Origin: Gemmatimonadota bacterium
GTDB lineage: Bacteria > Gemmatimonadota > Gemmatimonadetes > Gemmatimonadales > GWC2-71-9
Direction: 5' to 3'
DNA length: 22,840 bases
Assembly (NCBI GenBank): GCA_039586365.1
Contig: JBDHKN010000084.1
Location: forward strand, 1-22,840
How positions within the stretch are numbered: the stretch's first letter is position 1; each line of letters begins with the position of its first letter. The position numbers and the translations under genes are program-made. A model generated the notes under the pieces. The model searched no databases, was not told where the DNA came from, and worked only from the letters and a program-made list of their open reading frames with translations. Shown piece by piece: positions 9,910 to 19,436 of this stretch.

Positions 9910-10079
9910 AGACACAGGCCACGATTCCTTGCGCGTGGTGGCATCGTGGCCTGCGATTGTTGGCAAAGAACAGTCTTCAGTTCAGTTGCTTCATGGCCTC
10001 ACACTACTCACCCAGTGGTCCAGTGACAGTTGCGCGGGCTTCCGTGTTCTTGCACGATACGCCGAGAAAGAAACGGCTA

Positions 10080-10547
10080 TCAAGCGGACCCGAGCACGCC
10101 TACCTGGAACAGCCGCACAACGAAGAAGCTGATCACGCCACCCTCGAGCAACCAAGCAGCGGGCTGCCGGTAGTAACCCAGGTACATCTCCTTGCCCCAA
10201 TAACCGGTGTCTTTGAACAGGGCCAGCGTGTAGCGCTTCTTGATGAACGGCCACAAGAACGGGATCCCCACCGTGCTGCCGCAATCGGCGATGAAATGCA
10301 GTAGTATCGCGACGAAGGCGAACACCGCGTAGTGCGGCGACCAGATGGCGACCAGCGCGCTCACCACGACAGCGAACCAGATGGTGTGCGTCACGGTGCA
10401 GTGGAACTTCTCACCTGCAATTCCGGACCGCTCTACCAGGGAGTCTGCGTTCGGTAGGAAGTGCATTACCAAACAGAACACTATCGTACGCGGACTCCAG
10501 TCGAACGTCGCAATCGACAGGGCCAGGGGTACGTGACCGGCTTGCAT
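10080..10547 (-). CDS. YdjM-like membrane metal-dependent hydrolase
   Basis: 155 aa with N-terminal GH, LPNAD (family LPDxD), HCTVTHT (family HRxxTHS), HFIAD and GIPFLWPF. GGAGG SD. Confidence 0.85.
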   Translation of the reverse strand: MQAGHVPLALSIATFDWSPRTIVFCLVMHFLPNADSLVERSGIAGEKFHCTVTHTIWFAVVVSALVAIWSPHYAVFAFVAILLHFIADCGSTVGIPFLWPFIKKRYTLALFKDTGYWGKEMYLGYYRQPAAWLLEGGVISFFVVRLFQVGVLGSA

Positions 10548-10594
10548 AGCTGCATCCTCCAGCAGGGGACCTTGCTACCAAGCTACGCGGCCGC

Positions 10595-10611
10595 GTCAAG
10601 CGAGGGTCAAG
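10595..10611 (-). promoter_or_regulatory. Third copy of the GTCAAG-N5-GTCAAG box
   Basis: GTCAAGCGAGGGTCAAG, 47 nt upstream of the YdjM-like start. A minus-strand TAGCTT (-10-like, 10580-10585) lies 9 nt downstream of the box. Confidence 0.5.
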
Positions 10612-10699
10612 TGAGAAGTCAGAGCGGGTGGATGGGCGTCACTCGGTTACTCAATCCAGTTACACATTGACGCTGGCACGACCCTGACTGCTCGACGGG

Positions 10700-10728
10700 T
10701 TGCCATACCCAACCGAAACGCCTACAAT
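10700..10728 (+). promoter_or_regulatory. Sigma70-type promoter
   Basis: TTGCCA (10700-10705), 17-nt spacer, TACAAT (10723-10728): 5/6 and 5/6 consensus with optimal spacing. Predicted TSS near 10735. Confidence 0.7.
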
Positions 10729-10775
10729 GAGTTTGTCCACGCCCGATGTTCCACCCTAACGAAGGAGGTGATCCA

Positions 10776-10838
10776 TTGTCCAGTTATAAACCTGAGCGCA
10801 ACCTGGTTTGGGCAAGCGATCGCCGTATCGGTAGCTGA
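10776..10838 (+). CDS. Putative 20-aa small ORF MSSYKPERNLVWASDRRIGS
   Basis: TTG start directly after the extended SD AAGGAGGTGATCCA; TGA at 10836-10838. Below the ORF-track length cut-off. Confidence 0.45.
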   Translation: MSSYKPERNLVWASDRRIGS

Positions 10839-10913
10839 TCCAGGACCGAACCGCGATCTGCGCCTCTGATCGAGTGCCGCTAGGCGATCGTACCAGGTTG
10901 CGCAGGTCAAGAG

Positions 10914-10956
10914 CCGCGTCGTCGGGTGTTCGGTACCGGCGACGCGGTTTTCTTTG
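10914..10956 (+). terminator. Rho-independent terminator
   Basis: Stem CCGCGTCGTCGG (10914-10925) / CCGGCGACGCGG (10936-10947), 12 bp with one G-U pair, followed by TTTTCTTTG. Confidence 0.8.
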
Positions 10957-10990
10957 TTCACAGCTGATAGCTAACGGCTGACAGCGGACA
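10956..10990. repeat. Degenerate 7-bp tandem repeat (consensus GCTGACA)
   Basis: GTTCACA GCTGATA GCTAACG GCTGACA GCGGACA. Confidence 0.5.
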
Positions 10991-11067
10991 CCTGGATCTC
11001 GGGCACCTCAGTCCCCATTTTGCGGCCTGTATGATTGGACCGAGCCAGCGTTCATGGCAGTTCTGAC

Positions 11068-14217
<3,150 letters not shown>

Positions 14218-14232
14218 GAGTAACTAACTCAA

Positions 14233-15597
14233 TCAGTGAGTCGCACGGCTCCGGGCTTCGCGCGCCTGTCTCATGAACGCCAACAGCTCGTCCACTTCTT
14301 TGGGTGAGGCCGCGGTCAGCACAACGGGCTCTCCCTCGGTCACCAGGATCGTATCCTCGATTCTCACGTGGAGCTGCTTCTCTTTGATCTCGATGATCGG
14401 CTCGACGGCAATCACCATTCCAGGTTCCAGCGGCAGCGCTGCATCGCCCACGTCGTGCACGGACATGCCGACGAAGTGGCCGGCACTGGGAGCTGATTGA
14501 TCCGCGAAGCCGTGCCTGTCGTAGATCTCCCGGGTGATCTCACGGATCCCCGCGCGGGTTGCGCCGGGACGCATTGCTTCAGTGATGGCCTTGAGGGCTT
14601 CCAAGGCACATTCGTACGCACGGAGCTGCAGCTCGTCGAACTCGCCGGACACCGGCCAGGTGCGGGTGATGTCGATGATCATGTAGTCCAGCGACCCGCC
14701 GTAGTCCATCACGATCATTTCGCCCGCCGCCACCTGGCTCCCGTTGTCACGGTAGTGCCAGATGTTGCCGTTCGCCCCTGAACCGACGATGGCACCGTAG
14801 CCGGCCCGCTGCACGCCGTTCCTGACGTGATGGTAGGTCGCCTCCGCCTCGATCTCGTACTCGAAGCGGCCCGGCTCGGTTACGGCAATCGCCCGGTTGA
14901 TGGCCTCAGCTGCGATCCGGCCGTTCAGCTTCAGGATCTCGATCTCCCGCGTCGTCTTGATCATGCGCATGCGATCGATGTGCGGACTGATGTCCTTCAG
15001 CTCATAGAACGGATAGTGGCGCCGCAACAACTCGACCCGGAACGCGTCTTCAGACGGCCGCGCGGACCACAAGTTCATGGACTGGCGGGCGAGGTTGATG
15101 GCCTTGCCGCTCCGACTCTGACTGATCTCGTCCCGTTCGGAAAGCCGTACCCAGAGTGTCGGCGCCGTGTTGTAGTCTCTGCGTCGTGCCAGGAACTCGT
15201 TCAGCGTGTAGAGTGGCGCGATCGCCGCGAAGCCCCATCGCTCGGCGGCTGTGGGATCTTCCAGCCAGTTCGAGCCGTCGGAGCGGATCTCACCCGCGCC
15301 TTGTTTGGGCAGGAACAGATAGGCTGCCCGCGTCGCCACATCCATGACCAGGACGCTGTTCAGGTCTTCGTTGCCGGTCAGGTAGTAGAAGTCGTGGTCC
15401 TGGTGGTTGCGTGCCGCGAGGGCGGGCATGGTGGTGCCGAACAGCAGGACGGTACCGCCCTCCAGCCGCTGGCACAACGCCTCGCGGCGGGCGATGAACT
15501 CCTCCGGCGGATAGCCGAGTCGTTGGGCACGAACCGGCACGACGAGTCCGGCAAACAGAACTAGGGTCTGGATGTAGAGCCACACGTTTCTGATCAT
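14233..15597 (-). CDS. pepP: Xaa-Pro aminopeptidase (M24B) with signal peptide
   Basis: Metal-ligand motifs DYGG..DITRTWP, GHFVGMSVHD, EP and RIED; N-terminal aminopeptidase-P domain (FYYLTG). GGAGG SD before ATG 15597; signal peptide ending VRA-Q. Confidence 0.9.
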   Translation of the reverse strand: MIRNVWLYIQTLVLFAGLVVPVRAQRLGYPPEEFIARREALCQRLEGGTVLLFGTTMPALAARNHQDHDFYYLTGNEDLNSVLVMDVATRAAYLFLPKQGAGEIRSDGSNWLEDPTAAERWGFAAIAPLYTLNEFLARRRDYNTAPTLWVRLSERDEISQSRSGKAINLARQSMNLWSARPSEDAFRVELLRRHYPFYELKDISPHIDRMRMIKTTREIEILKLNGRIAAEAINRAIAVTEPGRFEYEIEAEATYHHVRNGVQRAGYGAIVGSGANGNIWHYRDNGSQVAAGEMIVMDYGGSLDYMIIDITRTWPVSGEFDELQLRAYECALEALKAITEAMRPGATRAGIREITREIYDRHGFADQSAPSAGHFVGMSVHDVGDAALPLEPGMVIAVEPIIEIKEKQLHVRIEDTILVTEGEPVVLTAASPKEVDELLAFMRQAREARSRATH

Positions 15598-15896
15598 GGG
15601 AGGGCCTCCAAGTCTCAAGCCTCCATCGTTGGTCACACTGCTGTGATGATAGCAATGACAGCCTCGTGGGACCGGATGGAGGTAATCGGTGCTTGATAGA
15701 GACGAATACCTGTGGCGACGGCTGTCAGTGTCGAGACTGAACTTATCGTCTCGAGGACAGAGGCAACAAGAGTACCGCGCGATTGCTCGCAGCGGTGCCA
15801 ATATCTAGTGTGGTAGTCGTATTTGGTCGGGGGTCAGGCGGCCGGAGGGTGACAAGCCTAGCGCCAACTTTAGCCGCGCAGGCGTTCGCCAATCCA

Positions 15897-15930
15897 GCAA
15901 GCCGAGGTGAAGCAGTTTACCTCGGCTCGC
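15897..15930. terminator. Strong hairpin downstream of fic (possible terminator or stabilising stem)
   Basis: AGCCGAGGTGAA-GCAG-TTTACCTCGGCT, 11 of 12 Watson-Crick pairs, extendable. No clear U-tract on either strand. Confidence 0.4.
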
Positions 15931-16061
15931 AGTTGCAGTGTTCGAGCAAATCGGCAAGCAAGTTGCACTCCGCCCACACTGGCTGTACTTGACGGTCGGA
16001 TCGGGCGTGCGGGGTAGGTAACGTTATCGCGAGACGCCGAACTGACTCGGTTGTCACTCGT

Positions 16062-17108
16062 TCAGCGACCTGTCGGCACCCACCTTGAGCCGCGGCCCTG
16101 CCCTTGAACCTCCAATCTCCCGGCGTCTCGGTACTGCCTTAGCACGTACCGCACCATCTCCCGGCTCACGCCCGGGCACTCGGGTTCGAGCTCCGCAATC
16201 CCAAACGGCTGAGTGCGGCGTGCAATCGCTCGCTCGACCAATTCCGTCTTCCAGCCGCGGCCCGACCGGATCGTCCCGACGCGGGCTTCGAACTCCATGT
16301 ACGCACGATGCAGCACGACCCAGAAATACGTCATCCACGGTGCGACGTCGTGGGATCCTTCATGCCACCCCTCGGAACTCAACTCCAGCGTGTCGTAGTA
16401 GCGATCCTTGAGCTCCTCGAAGGTTCGCTCGAGACTGATGTACCGACCGACTGTATATCCGAAGTGATACAGCATGAGCAGCGTGAGCAGCCGAGCCATG
16501 CGACCGTTGCCATCGGCGAAGGGGTGGATGCAGAGGAAATCGAGAATCGCCAGGGGAACCACAACTAGCGGCTCCCGGCCGCGTTCGACCGCTGCGGCAT
16601 ACCGCTTTACCAGCTGGTCCATCGCACCAGGTGTCGCAACCGGTGAAACAGGTGTGAACCGCACCCGGACCTTCCCCTCACGGCTGCGCTCGATGATCTC
16701 GTTTTGAGAAGTCTTCCAGCGCCCACCACTACCCGACGTGTAACGGAACAACATAGCGTGTAGCTGGAGAATCACGTTCACGCTGAATGCCATGTCACGG
16801 TGGGACTCGTGAATGAGGTTCAGCGCGTCGCGGTAGCCCGCAATCTCCTGCTCCGACCGGTTCTCGGGCGCGGTCGGCCGCAACACCAACGCCTCGAGCC
16901 GCTCGCGTGGCGCTGTAATACCTTCCAGCCGGTTGGACGACTCTGTTGACTCGATGAGTGCGGCCTGAAGCAGCGCTTCAAGGACCTCCGGCGCTTGCTC
17001 CCTGAATAGCTCTTGTCTTCCCCGAAACTCTCCCAGCACATTGAGGGTCGACCCATCCTCGGCAGTGAGCCTAAGCTGTTGTAGATAAATGGCTTGAAGG
17101 GATTGCAC
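16062..17108 (-). CDS. Fic family protein (class II, N-terminal inhibitory helix) with a C-terminal winged-helix-like tail
   Basis: Canonical HPFADGNGRMAR motif; inhibitory (S/T)xxxEG motif SNRLEG; tail GVSREMVRYVL..GQGRGSRW. GTG start. Confidence 0.93.
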   Translation of the reverse strand: MQSLQAIYLQQLRLTAEDGSTLNVLGEFRGRQELFREQAPEVLEALLQAALIESTESSNRLEGITAPRERLEALVLRPTAPENRSEQEIAGYRDALNLIHESHRDMAFSVNVILQLHAMLFRYTSGSGGRWKTSQNEIIERSREGKVRVRFTPVSPVATPGAMDQLVKRYAAAVERGREPLVVVPLAILDFLCIHPFADGNGRMARLLTLLMLYHFGYTVGRYISLERTFEELKDRYYDTLELSSEGWHEGSHDVAPWMTYFWVVLHRAYMEFEARVGTIRSGRGWKTELVERAIARRTQPFGIAELEPECPGVSREMVRYVLRQYRDAGRLEVQGQGRGSRWVPTGR

Positions 17109-17153
17109 GGCAGCCCAACTCGTTCTCAGAATGCGTAATAGACGGCCAAAAGG

Positions 17154-17190
17154 TGGTAATAATACGGTGTTATTATCATGTTTCTGTCAA
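17154..17190 (-). promoter_or_regulatory. AT-rich palindrome and -35 element upstream of fic
   Basis: TGGTAATAATAC-G-GTGTTATTATCA (17154-17178, 10 of 12 symmetric). Minus-strand TTGACA at 17185-17190. Confidence 0.5.
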
Positions 17191-17459
17191 GGCAATGCCA
17201 CCTTTCCGGGTTCGCACGGCGTGCCCTTGCGGCCTGCTGGCCAACAACAGCTCACCCGTGAGGGCCAGACGTCCAGGTCCCGAAAGACCCAGCGAACTTC
17301 CCCGCGGGGCCACTTCCAGGTGACCAGTGGCAAGGGCCTACTCGACTACTACGCCGCTCGCAGCGGTGAGAATATCAGGTGAGGTCGGGGTGTTGGTTGG
17401 GATATCACGCGGCGAACGGCGTGACCTAATGTGTTAGCGGCCAGCTAGAACGCGCGAGC

Positions 17460-19436
17460 TCAATCACCGTCCCCGTCGGAAGAACTCACAGTCACCTCGG
17501 CGCTGCCTGACGCGCCGCCGGGCGCGGTTGCGGTAATCGTCGCGACACCGTTTGCCACCGCCGTTACCAGCCCCGTAGTGTCAACTAGCGCCACAGCTTC
17601 GTCGCTGGTGCTCCAGGTGAAGGTCACGCCGGCGACTGGGGTGTCGCCTGCGTCTCGCGCCTCCGCCGAGAGCTGGATTGTGCTAGCCAGTGTGGTGAAT
17701 GTATGGGTACCGGGAGTCACCACCACGCTGGCGCCGCGGAGGCCGCGGAAGATCATTCCACTATCGGCAACCACGAAGACACTTGCATTCGGGGTCCCCC
17801 AAAGGCCCCACAGCCAAATGCTGGTCGGGCTACTCATCAGAGACCAAGTGTTGCCGTCATAGTGGAGGACCTCCCCGCCGTCACCCACGCCATACACGTC
17901 GCTCGCTGAGCTGCCCCAGATGTCGTGAACGGTCCCGCCTGCAGGGTGGTTAGCCGCGGACCACGCGTTGCCGTCATACTGTAGAACCGTTGCGCCCGTC
18001 CCACCCGCATACAGGTCGGTTGCGGACGTACCCCAGACCGTCTCCAGGAAATAACTCGTCGGACTGGTCATGGTGCTCCAGGTGCTGCCATCATAGTGCA
18101 GAACCGTGCCGTTCTCACCGACTGCATACACATCACTGGAGGCCGTACCCCAGACATGCCACAGCGGCACGTTAACTGGGCTGCCCATTGTGCTCCATGT
18201 GCTGCCGTCGAATTGGAGAATCACTCCACCAGCACCGACCGCATAGACCGCCCTCGGGGTCGCACCCCAAACAGCCTCCAGGCCACCGGTGGCCGGAGTG
18301 TTCATAGCGGTCCAGGTAACCCCGTCATAGTGGAGGATCGAACCATCGTCGCCAACGGAATAAACGTCGCTTGAAGAAGTGCCCCAGACAGACCGCAGGA
18401 AACCGGCCGTCGGGACGTTCATTGCACTCCATGTGCTACCGTCATAGTGTAGCATCGTCCCGCCTTCGCCGACCGCAAAGACATCGCTCGATGAAGCACC
18501 CCACACAGACCACAGCCAGTTGCTCACCGGACTGCTCATCGTACTCCACAGGTTCACTGTCACCATTCCGGGCGCAGCTACGGTCAACAACCCATAGGCT
18601 ACAGCACCGTCGGCCGTAGCAGCTATCGTCACCTGCCCGCTCCCCACGGCCGTCGCCACACCGGTTACGCCATCTATCGTCGCAACGTTGGTGTTAAGAC
18701 TGGACCAGGTGAACGTCTTGCCGGGGATCAGGTTCCCGGTCGAGTCCCAGGCCGTGGCGGTGAAAGCCTGCGTCCCACCGGCCGTCGCGATGGTCGCGCC
18801 GGCAGGCGTCACGTCAATCGTCGCCGCCAGTTGATTGACGGTTATCTCCGCGTTACCCGCCGCGCCACCTGACGCTGTTGCGGTGATTGTGGCGACACCA
18901 TTTGCCACCGCCGTAACCAGGCCCGTGGTGTCGACCGTCGCCACAGCCTCGTCGCTGCTGCTCCAGGTGAACGTCACGCCGGCGACCGGCGTGTCAGCCG
19001 CGTCTCGCGCCTCCGCCGAGAGCCGTAGCGTGTCGCCCAATGCAGTGAGCGTAGCGACGCCGGGTGTGACCAGCACGCTCCCCCCGCGAATGCCGCGGAG
19101 GATCGTTCCGGAGTGTCCGACGGCAAACACATACGAGTCCGGGCTTGCCCAGACGTCGGATAAGTGCATGGTGGTCGGCCTGCTCATCAAACTCCAAGAT
19201 GTGCCAACATAGTGGAGAATGTCCCCACCCACCGCATACACGTCACTCGAGGATGTGCCCCAGACAGCACTTGCACCCGTCGGACTGGCCATCGCGCTCC
19301 ACGTGTTGCCGTCATAATGGAAGATCGCGTCGCCCACCGCGTACACATCGCTCGGAGAGGTGCCCCAAATAGAACCTAGACTGGTGGCCGGCCTGCTCAC
19401 CACACTCCACGCGCTGCCATTGTATTTGAGGACCAT
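17460..19436 (-). CDS. C-terminal fragment of a giant Ig-like (BIG2) / beta-propeller repeat protein, downstream of the frameshift
   Basis: Begins mid-blade (MVLKYNGSAW). WGxSxxDVYAVG..ILHYDG repeats and TWSSSDEAVATVDTTGLVTAV Ig domains continue the pattern of the upstream ORF. Confidence 0.85.
   Translation of the reverse strand: MVLKYNGSAWSVVSRPATSLGSIWGTSPSDVYAVGDAIFHYDGNTWSAMASPTGASAVWGTSSSDVYAVGGDILHYVGTSWSLMSRPTTMHLSDVWASPDSYVFAVGHSGTILRGIRGGSVLVTPGVATLTALGDTLRLSAEARDAADTPVAGVTFTWSSSDEAVATVDTTGLVTAVANGVATITATASGGAAGNAEITVNQLAATIDVTPAGATIATAGGTQAFTATAWDSTGNLIPGKTFTWSSLNTNVATIDGVTGVATAVGSGQVTIAATADGAVAYGLLTVAAPGMVTVNLWSTMSSPVSNWLWSVWGASSSDVFAVGEGGTMLHYDGSTWSAMNVPTAGFLRSVWGTSSSDVYSVGDDGSILHYDGVTWTAMNTPATGGLEAVWGATPRAVYAVGAGGVILQFDGSTWSTMGSPVNVPLWHVWGTASSDVYAVGENGTVLHYDGSTWSTMTSPTSYFLETVWGTSATDLYAGGTGATVLQYDGNAWSAANHPAGGTVHDIWGSSASDVYGVGDGGEVLHYDGNTWSLMSSPTSIWLWGLWGTPNASVFVVADSGMIFRGLRGASVVVTPGTHTFTTLASTIQLSAEARDAGDTPVAGVTFTWSTSDEAVALVDTTGLVTAVANGVATITATAPGGASGSAEVTVSSSDGDGD

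Larger units (their letters stand above)
10735..10956 (+). ncRNA. Putative structured small RNA or small-ORF leader transcript (family not recognised)
   Basis: Bounded by a promoter and an intrinsic terminator. Contains AAGGAGGTGATCCA (10762-10775), a 12-bp stem 10796-10807/10892-10903 and an 8-bp stem 10817-10824/10883-10890. Confidence 0.55.

Noticed and set aside
10762..10775. 16S rRNA gene fragment on the minus strand (TGGATCACCTCCTT)
   Set aside because: The match stops after 14 nt and no helix-44/45 sequence flanks it. It is better read as an extended SD on the plus strand.
10735..10956. 6S RNA, SRP RNA, tmRNA or type I toxin mRNA
   Set aside because: No SRP or tmRNA motifs; the long hairpin does not join the transcript ends around a central bubble as in 6S; the peptide is not hydrophobic. 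Not formally excluded without a covariance-model search.
15598..15801. N-terminal extension of the 522-aa peptidase ORF
   Set aside because: Not protein-like; SD and signal peptide support ATG 15597.
17405..17445. Integron attC site (GTTAGCG core, short hairpin)
   Set aside because: No matching inverse core, no extended attC palindrome, and no integrase or cassette array.
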